DNA of 58,572 nucleotides from Macrostomum lignano (Eukaryota): NCBI GenBank assembly GCA_002269645.1, contig NIVC01002385.1, positions 1 to 58,572 of the forward strand, read 5' to 3'. Shown piece by piece: positions 13,725 to 26,940 of this stretch (position 1 is its first letter; each line of letters starts with the position of its first letter). The notes under the pieces were generated by a model. It saw only the letters and a program-made list of their open reading frames with translations, ran no database searches and was not told where the DNA came from. The position numbers and the translations under genes were made by a program.

Positions 13725-14035
13725 ACATTAGTCAGTGCACCCAATGCCCTCTCCATCAGGCAGCTGATTCAGTGCACCCAATGCCCCATCGTGCACCCAT
13801 TGCCCCATCGTGCACCCAATGCCCCATTGTGCACCCAATTCCCCATCGTGCACCCAATGCCCCATCGTGCACCCAATGCCCCATCGTGCACCCATTGCCC
13901 CATCGTGCACCCAATGCCCCATCGTGCACCCAATGCCCCATCGTGCACCCAATGCCCCATCGTGCACCCAATTCCCCATCGTGCACCCAATGCCCCATCG
14001 CGCACCCAATCCCCCCCCATCATGCACCCATTGCC
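13725..14035. repeat. 19-bp minisatellite (ATCGTGCACCCAATGCCCC)n
   Basis: Direct inspection. Confidence 0.93.
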
Positions 14036-14102
14036 CGGTGTCCCAGCACTAAGCAGCGCAAAGCCACAGGCGCTCCCATCTGCTGCATGCGCCCAGCCAG
14101 CA

Positions 14103-14693
14103 ATGCGGGAGAAGAGCGCGGTGGCCCTGTTCCTCATCGCCCTGGGCGGAATCAAGTGGTTCGAATCGCGCAGCGAAGAGTGGGAGGACGGCGAGTTCGA
14201 GAAGGACTACCTGTTCGCCAAGGCCAAGAAGAAAATCCAGCGCCGCTCCATCGAGGCGCAGACGGAGCGCTGGATGATGGAGCACTACGCTGAGCAGCTA
14301 CTGGAGGTTCAGCACGGCACGGGTCTGCGCGCCACCATCGACTGCGGCGCCGTGGCCGACGACGCCTGCAGCTGCAACTTCCTGCAGTGCTTCGGCCAGC
14401 AGCTCTGTCAGCGCAATGTCACCGGCACCGTCCGGCACACCTTCGTGCGCTGCCGCTCCGCCGTCATCTACGACCAGGTGCTGTGCGAGTGCAAGCGGCA
14501 CACGCGACTGCCGCCGACCGGCACCCGCAGCCTCCTGGCTGGCGACGGCGGCGAAGGCTCCGATGGAGCTGCTGGCGACGCCAAGGATCAGCTGCGCCGC
14601 AGGCTGCGCCGCAGGCGGGATCTGCTTCTGCGGGAGCAGCAGAGCCAGCAGCAGCAGCGCGAGCCGCCGATGCCCGCCATGCCGGCTGCCTGA
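14103..14693 (+). CDS. Putative secreted 8-Cys proprotein, 196 aa, paralog A
   Basis: MREKSAVALFLIALGG hydrophobic N-terminus, KKKIQRR|S basic site, and DC-x7-CSC-x4-CFG-x3-C-x14-CR-x9-CECK. GC-rich coding composition; motif shared with 21348-22670. Confidence 0.75.
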   Translation: MREKSAVALFLIALGGIKWFESRSEEWEDGEFEKDYLFAKAKKKIQRRSIEAQTERWMMEHYAEQLLEVQHGTGLRATIDCGAVADDACSCNFLQCFGQQLCQRNVTGTVRHTFVRCRSAVIYDQVLCECKRHTRLPPTGTRSLLAGDGGEGSDGAAGDAKDQLRRRLRRRRDLLLREQQSQQQQREPPMPAMPAA

Positions 14694-15204
14694 GGCTGAA
14701 GGTCTGGAAATTCCCCGAGGCGGATGTCATTATCGATAACTTGGATTCTTTTTTTAGTGAGGACATCTTGAGCAATTGGGATTTATAATTTTCATTTTTT
14801 GGGATTTAATAGAATTGTAAAGCAACCCTCACCATGCATAAGCAGTAGGGTTTCCTATTAATGCGTTTGTCCATTTGTAACTTTGCTTTAACTTACTGAC
14901 CTGCTGGGGGTAAGCACAAGTGTGTTTCAGTCGCCTTCACGAGCCATCAAGTCGATATGTTTTTTTTTCCATCAAGTTTTCCCCATACATCACTGTTCGA
15001 ACTGTTCTTTGTTAAACTTTTTAACCAATCTCATTCTTGTATGCAAGAAATTTGATTCATTGAAATTCTTTGTTGAGCTGCAAACTGAAAAATTTTATTT
15101 TGTGGCCTCATCAGCCAATGTGTTGGTTGCGGGGCACGCGGATCGCAAGCCAATAAACTGCCTGCGGGAGAATTGCCACTGCCTTGAATGGCTTCTAAGA
15201 GGTG

Positions 15205-15472
15205 CCAGCTATAGATTGGGGTGCCAGCTACAGATGCGGGTGCCAGCTACAGATGGGGTGCCAGCTACAGATGCGGGTGCCAGCTACAGATGCGGGTGCC
15301 AGCTACAGATGGGGTGCCAGCTACAGATGCGGATGCCAGCTACAGATGGGGTGCCAGCTACAGATGCGGGTGCCAGCTACAGATGCGGGTGCCAGCTACA
15401 GATGGGGTGCCAGCTACAGATTGGGGGTGCCAGCTACAGATGGGGTGCCAGCTACAGATGGGGTGCCAGCTA
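15205..15472. repeat. 19-bp minisatellite (GGGTGCCAGCTACAGATG(C/G))n
   Basis: Direct inspection. Confidence 0.93.
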
Positions 15473-17779
15473 TACATAAAGATTCTCCCGCAGTCAAAGC
15501 TGAGCTGTCAATTTCCCTGTCACAAGTTATTCCTGATTCTCTCTCTTGAGTCGCTATGCTCGCTTTTATTTCGCTGTTTTTGTCTGTCACAAGAAGCTCT
15601 AGTCCTTTTACAAGCTGTGTCGCTGTCGCAAGTTACTGTTATTACTACTGTTGTAGAACTAGAGTCCACCGCTGTTCACTCTGCATGTAGCAGTCACAGC
15701 CGTTCACGGAGTCACAGCACATGTTTAGCTACATTATATACTACTATTAGCAAGCCTAGTGTAGTCATGTTAGTTAGTCTCTGAACCGTGTTCTGTGATT
15801 TATTTCAATAATCTGCAATCTACATTTAGCTTGTCCTTAGGTTTTTGTTTTAGCAACTGCAACTTTGAGATTTTTCACACAAAAAATTGAAAATATTTTT
15901 TGTAAATAAAGTTGAACACTGCGTTTTATTCAAACTTATCTCGAACTGCTGCTGTGACTTCAGATTCGTGTTTGCTTTTTGGCATTTTTCCTCAGTGCCT
16001 AACGGTCAGTGCTTGGTGGTGTTCAGTGTATTGTGGTCAGTGCTTGGTGGTCAGTGCTTGGGGGTCAGTGCTTGGTGTTCAATGCTTGAGGGTCAGTGCT
16101 TGGTGGTCAGTGCTTGGGGGTCAGCGCTCACTTCACTGCAGTGCCCATGCGTGTTAAAACAAGTTCGAGGATGTTAAAACTGCAGCTCTTCAAAAATGTA
16201 CAAAAGCAGTACAAAACCGTAATTTATGCTTCAATCGAATGGTGTTTTGAAGACAAAACCCTGCAATGCGTCATGCATGAAGCTTCCGTGAGCGCACTCG
16301 TACTGTATATTTGCTTCGCTAATAAATTTACAACATTAAAGATCCGTTCCTAACAGTTTTTCCTTCTTTATTCGAGCTGCGAGAGCCAAGCTCGCGTCAT
16401 CATCCGGCCTACATGTACAGGAACTCTCGTCCAAACATGTCGGTAGTGGGCAGCTCGGTCCCGGGCAGGGTCCTTCTTTGGTACCACTGCGCTCAGCTGC
16501 TTGAGCTTCGAGGCTGGCTGCTGAAATGATGAGCAGCAGAGGATGCAGAGCTGCGCAGATGCGCATTCATGCACCATTTTTAAGTAACCAAATCGATAAG
16601 GACTCAGTCTGAGCTTGTAGAGATCTCCAAACATAATAGCCTTCTAGAAGTAGTAAGATAAAGGTATGAATACAAATTTTAAAAAGCTATGCGTCATAGT
16701 CTATTTTTAGCAATACAAGCAATATCACGCAAACAGCAAATGACTATGCTATTGTCCGAAAAACCGATTCTCGACATCTTTTTAGAACTTCCAAATATGG
16801 CAATGTTAACCTGAATGCGACCCAAGTCTCACCCTTTTCTTATTCAAAACCCTGTCAAGTAATAAAATTCCTTTCGTGAACTCATAAGAAACCGGTTTTG
16901 AGCTCAAGGTCGACTTAAGGCCGACATATATTGATTTCGGCACTCGAGGAATACTTCGACGTCGACGGATTGAATTGTTACGCTCTCACATTCGGCCGAT
17001 TTTAGAACTCAAGACTTACTCCGGAGGAAGAATCTTTGAAGAAACGAGCTCGGAGAACCTGCCCGACAAAGAAGAGGAGCCCGCACCAGTAAGTGATCAC
17101 TGAATTTTGTTCCCAGGCTTAAGGTCTGGAAGTGGGAGCTTTCGGGTGACTGATCTCCACCTGACCAAACTCTTCAAGCTCTGCTTGCCACGGCATCCGA
17201 GTCTTTGGCTGCAGGCAGGGCGGCACAGAGCTGCAATTCGACCGCTGACAGGCAGATCAGCGCGAGAGCGGCTGTCAATTTCATGCCGGACGTGGCGCTG
17301 CTTGTGGTCTGCTTGAGCAAGAGCTTGCCGGTGCTTGAGCAGTCTTTGTGCTTGAGCAAGGCTTAGTGCACTGAGCTTCTGATGTAAGATGGGATCGAAG
17401 GCGAGAAATTCGTGCTGATCTGCCGCCCATTTTATAGACATGCCGAGCCCACTTTGAGAATAATTATTGCATGTATTGTTACTCAATTGCATAAAATGTT
17501 CGATTTTTCTTTTCTACTCTTGATTGGGCTAATTATTTCGGAACAATTTCGCAATTTGCAGTTAAAATCTCGCTGGATGATTGCTAATTTCTTCTGTATT
17601 CTCTTGATGGTCTGAGAGAAAGTTATAAGAGCATGACGCAAACAGGGGCTGATGTTTTTACTTACTGGGACAATCCTGAAAATCTTTATTAGCCAAAACT
17701 GCTTTCCTCCACAAAACTGCTTCAGACGGAGAGTCATAAACAAATGAGTCAAATCGTGCAAATCTCTGCAGCTCGGAGC

Positions 17780-19345
17780 TGGAATCTTCCCCAGCTGAGT
17801 CTTCCCCAGCTGAGTCTTCCCCAGCTGAGTCTTCCCCAGCTGAGTCTTCCCCAGCTGAGTCTTCCCCAGCTGAGTCTTCCCCAGCTGAGTCTTCCCCAGC
17901 TGAGTCTTCCCCAGCTGAGTCTTTCCCAACTGGAATCTTCCCCAGCTGAGTCTTTCCCAACTGGAATCTTCCCCAGCTGAGTCTTCCCCAGCTGAGTCTT
18001 CCCCAGCTGAGTCTTCCCCAGCTGAGTCTTCCCCAGCTGAGTCTTCCCCAGCTGAGTCTTCCCCAGCTGAGTCTTCCCCAGCTGGAATCTTACCCAACTG
18101 GAATCTTACCCAACTGGAATCTTAACTGGAATTTTACCCAACTGGAATCTTACCCAACTGGAATCTTACCCAACTGGAATCTTACCCAACTGGAATCTTA
18201 CCAACTGGAATCTTACCCAATCTTACCCAACTGAATCTTACCCAACTGGAATCTTACCCAACTGGAATCTTACCCAACTGGAATCTTACCCAACTGGAAT
18301 CTTACCCAACTGGAATCTTACCCAACTGGTCTTCCTAACTGGAATCTTCCCCAACTAGAAACTTCCCAGCTGAGTCTTCCCCAGCTGAGTCTTCCCCAGC
18401 TGAGTCTTTCCCAACTGGAATCTTCCCCAGCTGAGTCTTCCCCAGCTGAGTCTTCCCCAGCTGAGTCTTTCCCAACTGGAATCTTCTCCAGCTGAGTCTT
18501 CCCCAGCTGAGTCTTCCCCAGCTGAGTCTTCCCCAGCTGAGTCTTCCCCAACTGGAATCTTCCCCAGCTGAGTCTTCCCCAGCTGAGTCTTCCCCAACTG
18601 GAATCTTCCCCAGCTGAGTCTTCCCCAGCTGAGTCTTCCCCAGCTGAGTCTTTCCCAACTGGAATCTTCCCCAGCTGAGTCTTCCCCAGCTGAGTCTTCC
18701 CCAGCTGAGTCTTCCCCAGCTGAGTCTTCCCCAGCTGAGTCTTCCCCAGCTGAGTCTTCCCCAGCTGAGTCTTCCCCAGCTGAGTCTTCCCCAGCTGAGT
18801 CTTCCCCAGCTGGAATCTTCCCCAACTGGAATCTTCCCCAACTGGAATTTTACCCAACTGGAATCTTACCCAACTGGAATCTTACCCAACTGGAATCTTA
18901 CCCAACTGGAATCTTCCCCAACTGGAATCTTCCCCAGCTGAGTCTTCCCCAGCTGGAATCTTCCCCAACTGGAATCTTCCCCAGCTGGAATCTTCCCCAA
19001 CTGGAATCTTACCCAACTGGAATCTTACCCAACTGGAATCTTACCCAACTGGAATCTTCCCCAGCTGAGTCTGCTGAGTCTTCCCCAGCTGAGTCTTCCC
19101 CAGCTGAGTCTTCCCCAGCTGAGTCTTCCCCAGCTGAGTCTTCCCCAGCTGAGTCTTCCCCAGAGAGTCTTCCCAGCTGAGTCTTCCCAGCTGAGTCTTT
19201 CCCAGCTGAGTCTTCCAGCTGAGTCTTCCCCAGCTGAGTCTTCCCAGCTGAGTCTTCCCCAGCTGAGTCTTCCCCAGCTGAGTCTTCCCCAGCTGGAATC
19301 TTCCCCAACTGGAAAAAAATCTTACCCAACTGGAATCTTACCCAA
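17780..19345. repeat. Compound 15/16-bp satellite (CAGCTGAGTCTTCCC / CAACTGGAATCTTACC)
   Basis: About 1.6 kb of interleaved blocks of two related units. Confidence 0.95.
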
Positions 19346-21347
19346 CTGGAATCTTCCCTTACTGAATCATCTTCCCGAACAGGAAGTTTCCCCAGTTGAA
19401 ATCTTCCAGAAGATTTGGGCTGTGGTTTCACGATGCTGCAATGCGCAGCAAGAATGAGACAGGCGTGTCAATCTCTTGCACACAATGTTCTCAATGCTAT
19501 ACACAGGACGCATTGGATGCACGGTAGTGTCAGTTGCATGTCAAAGTTTCTTGATTCCCAAAAATTACGCACACAATAGTTTAGCTACTTACGAGTAGAG
19601 ATAAAAGAATGCGAAGCGAATATTCTAATGAACAATGCAAAAACTTTTTTTCTGTGAGGATTCGACCCAATGAAAGCTGCTGAAAGTCTTTAACGACATG
19701 AAATACCGAGCTTAATTATAAAGTCCACCTTACCAGAGTGGAAATCTACCGCTGCAATTATATTCCTTGCATCGAAAGTGCATATTTTACTGACCTATAC
19801 TGCAAGTAGCAACGCAGCTCTCACTAAAATCTGTCGAGCGGAAGGCTTCCAGGATCATTGGTGACTTCTTAAAGTTTCCATATAGACTTGGGACTCGAAG
19901 GACTGTTGGTGGACTTGCCTTTGTCCATGGACTTCTGCGGCGTCAAGGCTCCTGTGAACCTCAGCAGCTCCCTCCCTCCTTTAGCTCCAGCTTCAAATCA
20001 ATTAGCTAACAAAAGCGGTGCTTCATCCCCACTTACTGTAAATTATGGAATGCTCAACCTGCAGCATTAGCTAATCCTGGCATCAAGCCATCCATTTTCA
20101 AGAGCCAAGTGTCTCAAAGACCGCCTTGATCAATTTTTAGGCTTCTCTTTTTCTTTGTCTTCTTTTACTTCCTTTCCACTTCTCCTTTTCGTAGCCATGG
20201 GGCACCATTGGTGCTATTGGGCCCTGTCCACTTCCAGTTGCAGATAATAACAATAATACTTAATAATGTTTGAAAATCTATCCAAAACTCCAAAACGGCA
20301 TGCAGGAAGCCACAGGCCCCGACAAAAATGAGTTGCAGCTGAGCTACAAGGAGCGACGCTGAGCATGAGAGCCAGGCAGACTTTGGTAGCCCGCTACCCC
20401 CGCAACCGCAGAAATCGAAAAGCAGAACAGCGGTTCGGGCTGCAGCTGGGGAAGCCCAGCGGGAGGTCGAATAAAATTCTGAAATTATTGCCCGCCAATA
20501 AAGCTGCATCGATTTCCCATCCAGCTGCCTGACCCGCCAGCTCTCCTGGGAAATGTCCCCCCCTGCCCCCGCAGATCCGGGATGGGAAGAATTCCATGCT
20601 GGGATGATGGCTGCGCCCGCCGCTGCTGGGGGTATCGCAGTTAATTTGTTGCACAATTTCCAACTCTGTGCAGCTGCCGCCGCGACCCTTCCGGGCCAAA
20701 GCTGCAGGCAGGAATATCCGGGCGGCCGCCTGCCCTGCCGCCTCTCCGGCCTGGGCGCAGCCGCAGCCAAGCACTGCGACAGGCACTTATGCGCCCCCCC
20801 CCGGTGCCATATGCCACCCCCATGCCACCCCATGCCACCCGCTCCGCAGCCGTGGAATCCTACACTGAAGCCAAGCATCCGGGGTTTTTTTAAAAGTCCA
20901 TGGACAAACAAAAGAAGAAGTGGGCGCTTCTTCGCCGGCTGAAGCGTTCTTCTTGATATTTTCCAGGAGGTCGCAGTCGCGGATGGCTGACTCGCTCAGG
21001 CTGGGGAAACTTTTTCGGAACTCATGCGAAGCGCTTAGGCGAAAGTGAAGATCATCGCGAACTGTTGCTTGAAGCTGGGCCTGGTGTTTCCAATCCAGAT
21101 TGGTATTGGCTTAAAAGTCCATGGATAGGGCAGGCGGCCAACGAATGGCGTCTGACCGATCTGTCGTTCTGTCGTTTCCCGGAAAGCTGAAATTGGCGGA
21201 AGGCAGCCGCTCCGCTTCGGCCAGGCAGTGGGAAACCCGAGCGGAACCAGCCGAGCCGCCATCTGTACACCCGAGCCGCCGTCTGTACACCCGAGCCGCC
21301 ATCTGTACACCGAGCCAGAGCTGCGGCACGTGGCACCGCATCACGGC

Positions 21348-22670
21348 ATGCGCCCCGCCGGCCTGCTGCTCTTCATCGGCGCGGTCGGCTTCTTCAACAT
21401 CTGTGAGCCCCCTCTGACCTGACTCATTAATTTCATTTACGTCCTCTGAAGTTGCGTCCCCTGAAGATCAACCGAATCCCAGACATCTTACTGACATCCC
21501 AACGACGACATACCATACATCTATAGTTATCAAACCGACACCTTACCGAACCCCACCGACACCCCACCGACACCCCACCGACACACCACCGACACCCCAC
21601 CGACACCCCACCGACACTCCACCGACACCCCACCGACATCCCACCGACACCCCACCGACACCCCACCGACATCCCACCGACACCCCACCGACACCCCACC
21701 GACATCCCACCGACACCCCACCGACACCCCACCGACATCCCACTGACACCCCACCGACACCCCACCGACATCCCACCGACACCCCACCGACATCCCACCG
21801 ACACCCACCGACAACCCCACTTCAAATACGTGCCCAGTCCAGCTCAAATATCCCGCTGTAGGCACCGCTGGCATCTCCCCAGACTCCGCTGGCATCTCCT
21901 CAGGCTCCGCTGGCATCTCCCCAGACTCCGCTGGCATCTCCTCAGGCCTCGCTGGCATCTCCCCAGACTCCGCTGGCATCTCCCCAGACTCCGCTGGCAT
22001 CTCCCCAGACTCCGCTGGCATCTCCCCAGGCTCCGCTGGCATCTCCCCAGAACGGCTGGCATCTCCCCAGGCTCCGCTGGCATCTCCCCAGAACCGCTGG
22101 CATCTCCCCAGAACCGCTGGCATCTCCCCAGAACCGCTGGCATCTCCCCAGAACGGCTGGCATCTCCCCAGGCTCCGCTGGCATCTCCCCAGAACCGCTG
22201 GCATCTCCCCAGAACCGCTGGCATCTCCCCGAACTGCCCAAACCGCAGACGACGGTCTGCTCTCCGATAACGAATCCGAGGAAGCAAACCCGGGCGGCTC
22301 AGACCGGCAGCACCTGATGAAGCTCAAGAAAAAGTTCGGCGTGAAGGAGCGCCGCTCGGTGCAGCCGCGGCAGCAGCAGCAGTTGCACGGCGAGCACCTC
22401 GCCAGAAGCTTCGATCAGTTCAGCGAGGAGCTGCTCGAGCACTACCGGATGCCGCTGCGCCGACTCACCCAGCAGCCCATGGACTGCAGGAACTCCTCGC
22501 CCACGTCCGCCTGCAGCTGCCTGCGGCTGCTCTGCTTCGGCGGCTCGGAGTGCACCGCGGACGGCCGGCTTGACAGCCCAAGGAGCCGCCGGCAGTTCGC
22601 ACGCTGCCGCCAGACCTCCATGGACGGCTTCCTACTGTGCGAGTGCAAGAGCTACAGGCTGCTGTTGTAG
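21348..22670 (+). CDS. Putative secreted 8-Cys proprotein, paralog B; exons 21348-21402 and 22249-22670
   Basis: Exon 1 MRPAGLLLFIGAVGFFNI followed by T|gtgagc; phase-1 acceptor ccgcag|AC gives YDGLLSDNESEE..MKLKKKFGVKERR|S..DC-x8-CSC-x4-CFG-x3-C-x17-CR-x9-CECK. Confidence 0.78.
21545..22230. repeat. Two intronic minisatellites: ~11-bp (CCACCGACACC) at 21545-21815 and 21-bp (GCTGGCATCTCCCCAGACTCC) at 21865-22230
   Basis: Direct inspection. Confidence 0.9.
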
Positions 22671-24075
22671 CCCGGCGTCTGCGTGCCAAGGACTTCTGGA
22701 GTATGAAGAGCGGCTAAACTTGGACTGGTGGGAGAATACGGTTTAAGGGGAAATGCATTGGTGAGAAGGGAATTGTCAGTTTTTTTTGCTTGAAGTTTTG
22801 TCTCCTTGAGCAGCAATTTCTAACATCCGATGAAGCTAGTATGCGCTCGCAAGCAGATTTTTAAATTTGCAAAAGTCCTACAGCAAGCAAAAAGCACTAA
22901 GCTTTATTTGCAAATTCGAGGAGGTAATTTGAAGGTGAGAAAACTTTCTGTAAAAAACTGACGTAGAATTCACATTTCAGTGAAGTTTGTTGCGAGACTA
23001 ATCTTCCTATAAGTAGCATGTACGTTTTCTTATTCGCATATACAAATAACTGTATAGTTGTAAGATTCCTAGCAATTCCCGGTCTGTGACCATTACAGAA
23101 ATTTGAACCTCAATTGAAAACATTACACTTTCATACGCCCGTTAATCAAATGACAGCTGATTCAACTCTGATTGGCTGGCAGCAAAGTACTGCAATGTAC
23201 ACTTAGCTATTCTGCATGTTGATAGCCCAGCCAGCCTTCAGTGTACATTCTGACCCTTCGCCAATCCCTACCCCTCCTGGACAGCCATCCCACTCTGCAG
23301 AGAAATTTTCATTCCCTAAACGCGCTACGATTGGCTGTCGCTGTTCTCTACTCCTAAACAGCTGCATGCAGTGCTTAAATGTACCTTCCCAAATACGCTC
23401 GCACGACCTCGTGCTGAGCTAAATATACATTCATGTTCATATTTTGTACTTCACGATGCACTGCGCAAAATCGCTTTAGTCGTAAAAGTGTACAGATGAT
23501 TTATTTTGCAAGCGTCCAATTCGCAGACACTGTAATTACTTGACAAAGAAGTAATTTTACTACATCCAATACTGTTCGACGTCTGCAGAGATTTTATTGG
23601 AACTGTCGTAGTCAGATGTCAAACAGTGCATGCAGACATGCGAACAGAAGCACGCAAATTTCAAGTGCACATCGGAGATGGAGAAAAGAGGGTCAGAAGA
23701 GGGTGGAAATAGGGACAGAAGAGGGAGAGAAGAAAGAGAGAAGAGAGAAGAGAAGAGGGAGAGAAGAGGGAGGGAGAGAGGAGAGAAGAGGGAGAGAAGA
23801 GAGAAGAGGGAGAGAAGAGAGAAGAGAAGAGGGAGAGAAGAGAGAAGAGAAGAGAGAGAGAGAGAAGAGAGAAGAGAATAGGGAGAGAAGAGAGAAGAGA
23901 AGAGGGAGAGAAGACAGAAGAGGAGGGGGAGAAGAGAAGAGCATGAATGGAAAGCAGATTTAGCTGGCGATCAGATCAAATTGAGCTAAGCATTGAAGCA
24001 GAGAGCCCCAGAGTCACAAACTGAACATCTTCAGTACTTGCGGGCAGAAGCAGCAACGAATGGGCGCAAAAGCAT

Positions 24076-24640
24076 CAAGTGATGGAGTAGAGAGACTGGG
24101 GAAATTTCCAGCTTGCCAGTTACTCAGCTCGAGTCGTTGCTGAGCAGCAAATCAATGCCGCATCGACCAGCGAGCGACTCGAGCTCTGCGCCATTTAATT
24201 TCACCGGAGCGCCGACTGCCTGGCGATGATTGACAGGTGAACTGTGAGGCTTGGGAACTCGGTAAGCCAGCTTGATGAGCTGGACTTGACTTGAAGTTGA
24301 TTTTTTGAGAGATTTCTACAAGCTACTTTCAGTTTAAACTGACAAAAAACTCCCGCAGGTGATTGAGTAACTGCTGTCAGACTGCAAGAGCCTACAGGTA
24401 GAATTTAGGACTAAGGATCATCTCGGTTGCTATGCTAATCATTATAGGCGGTGGTCGAGACCGTCCTGCTGTACAACGCCGAGACCTGGTCACTGATGGA
24501 CTCGCTTGAACAGCGAGTTCGGGGGGCGCACACTGGTCTGCTGCGCGCCGCCTTCAAGATCAGCGACGAGCGAGTCACCAATGCAACATGCATCGCTGCG
24601 CCGGCCTGGTTCGTCCAAGCTTCTACTTGTTGCTATGCGC
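24076..24640 (+). mobile_element. Dispersed repeat copy 1 ending in an RTE-like non-LTR retrotransposon 3' ORF fragment
   Basis: AVVETVLLYNAETWSL..LEQRVRGAHTGLLRAAFKI resembles the post-RT region of RTE-clade LINEs. Near-identical to the sequence starting at 26941. Confidence 0.7.
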
Positions 24641-25408
24641 CCTTTTCTCACAATGCGACCCCCTATTTCCCCTCTTGCGCCCGCCTTTTTTGTGACCCCC
24701 TGTGATACAGAACGGGTCAGAGAAACAGACAGTAAACAGCGACTTTTAGTCAAGAGATCAGGAGATCATCACCGCTTTGAGACCTGCGAGCGAGTCCGCC
24801 CCGTGTATTAATGTATTATTGCCGTCGATAACCTAAATAAAAGCGCGCTTGCTAGGCAGGGCTGCGCTTCCTTCTTGCCAGAGGCAGAGCGTCATAACGC
24901 CAGGAGAGCGGATACCATACTTTACTCTTATACTGTACCCACTGTATAAGCACCAGAGTGTCGCAACATCTCTGTGAGCAACGCGAGATCTGCATGTCAT
25001 CACGCCAGAACGAGCTTACCCGTACACAGAGCGTCATAACGCCTGTTTGTACCATCCCGTTGAAAACAAGGGTTAATCTTGAAAGTAAATGAAAGAAAAG
25101 TTACTTTTGGTAGGTTAATGTACCGCAGTTACAATTTTTAAAAAGGCAACTTACGTTAATTAACCATTGAAACTTTTTAGGTTAATTTCGGCTGAAAAAC
25201 TCGTAAATTAACGTAAAATTTCCCCTGGTATTCGCATTTATCTTAGACATTGAGTAAACAGATCTCTAGTTTAATCAGAACAGAAATGTGTCTTTTCTAT
25301 AAAGCATGTCACATCTAGCTTGTCATTACCCTGTTGTCTTCTCAATCCAGCGACTGGATCCGTATGCGCGTACATGCCTTCGTTCAACATCAGAAGCTCA
25401 ACGTCCAG

Positions 25409-26574
25409 TCAAGAAGACGGCGGCTGCCCGTTGTAGAAATGCATGTGGCTACCGTGTCCATACTGGATATAGATCGGTCCGCGGCTTATAGGGAGTTGTG
25501 AAGGCTCGGCTGCTCCCACGCCTCCACCGCCGCCTCCACCGCCGCCTCCACCGCCTTCAACTCCGCCGCCAGCTGCATTTCCAGGGTCCTGAGCATTATC
25601 TGATGGTAGTTGCGGAGGCGGCTGTAAAGGCGGCAGCTGCTGCTGCTCTCCATGCCCAGGCGTCAATTCAGCAATGACCTCGTTAGACCCAGCAATACCC
25701 TGAGCAGCCTGCAGGGAGAACGCAGCCATGAACTGAGACATAAAATATGCTGAGAGTTGAACAGCAACAAGCTGCATGCTTGCGGCTTCGGGTGAATCAT
25801 CGCTCAGCAAATATCTGCTATAGTTGAGTTCTCCCAGCGTGGAAAACTGCTCAGGCGAATCGGAGCCCTGGTATAGGCTTTGCTCCGGCTCGCACGACTT
25901 GTCATCTTTATTCTCAATCACCGTACCTTTGATTGCAGTAAGGTCGCTGCTGACGTGATTCGTGAGCTCGTTTGAGTGCGGCTGCGCAGCCTCTTCGTAC
26001 GAAATTGAGACGTCAGCCCGTCGTTCTTGCAGAATCGTTTTGCTTTGAGGCTGAGGCAAATCTTCAGCAGGTGCACTTTGGTAGCTCCGAGAGACCGCAT
26101 CGGCAGTTTGACTGCTTTGGCTGGAAGATTGCCTGCTTGGCTCGCCTCGGTTTGTGGTTTGACACCGCCGCACAAGATCCGCTTGCGCTTCATGATGCGC
26201 CCCATTCCCTGCGGCTTGGTTCTGAGTTGCCACGACTCCAGAATCGGAGACTTGGCTGAGAAGATCCGCTCGCGCTTCATTGGACTGGCTCTGATGATGC
26301 GCTCCAGTCCCTGCGGCTTGGCTCTGAGTCGCCACGACTCCAGAATCGGAGACTTGGCTGAGAAGATCCGCTCGCGCTTCATTGGACTGGCTCTGATGAT
26401 GCGCTCCAGTCCCGCGGCTTGGCTCTGAGTACCGATTGAGTTGGCAAGTTGGCTCTGAATTTTGCCAGGCGTCTCGGCAGTCATTGAAGCAAAGTTTGTT
26501 TCATCATGAGGCTTTAATTGAGCCATTTGAGCATCCTCCACCTCTTGTGATTGTTCATATTCGGTTGAGCACAT
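25409..26574 (-). CDS. Low-complexity Q/S/A-rich protein with 34-aa repeats and C-terminal RHIM-like motif; one missing base near 26413
   Basis: ORFs 26574 and 26335 join if one base is restored: the 102-bp repeat copy at 26401 reads CCCGCGG, the copy at 26299 reads CCCTGCGG. The joined ORF is about 388 aa and ends PIYIQYGHGSHMHFYNGQPPSS. Upstream exons are possible. Confidence 0.55.
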
Positions 26575-26940
26575 CGATTGTCGATCAACCCTCAGGTTAA
26601 GGGTGATAGGGCCTGCTTCTTCGCTCTTATTTTGCCGCCGAAGTCTTTTGATGACACTCTTGCTAGTAGTTGGCCCTGACTCCGAATCAAGAAAGCATAA
26701 CTACGAGTGACCTGGATACGAGTACATGAGCTGCCAAGACATGCACTCCACACTTCCTGGTGCTTTCTTATATATCCCAGAAATGCATAGCGAAAATAAA
26801 GGCAACAGGAAAATCGTTTCCAAAGCAAAAACTTTAAGTAAATCAGATAGTTATACGGTGTATTTGTTGCAAACTAGCTGAGTTGTAGTGAGCGTACGAC
26901 AGAGCGCGGAGTTTTCTGACCATTGTTCCACACTAACAGT

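Noticed and set aside
16336-17492. Short minus-strand ORFs that look like fragments of a transposon or PHD-type gene
   Set aside because: Multiple stops and no identifiable conserved motif.
17483-19431. ORFs with GEDSA/LGKTQ/SWGRL repeats
   Set aside because: Products of the 15/16-bp satellite.
20165-20942. Overlapping 248-aa (minus) and 129-aa (plus) ORFs with Cys/His residues
   Set aside because: No recognisable motif or splice support; may be a TE remnant.
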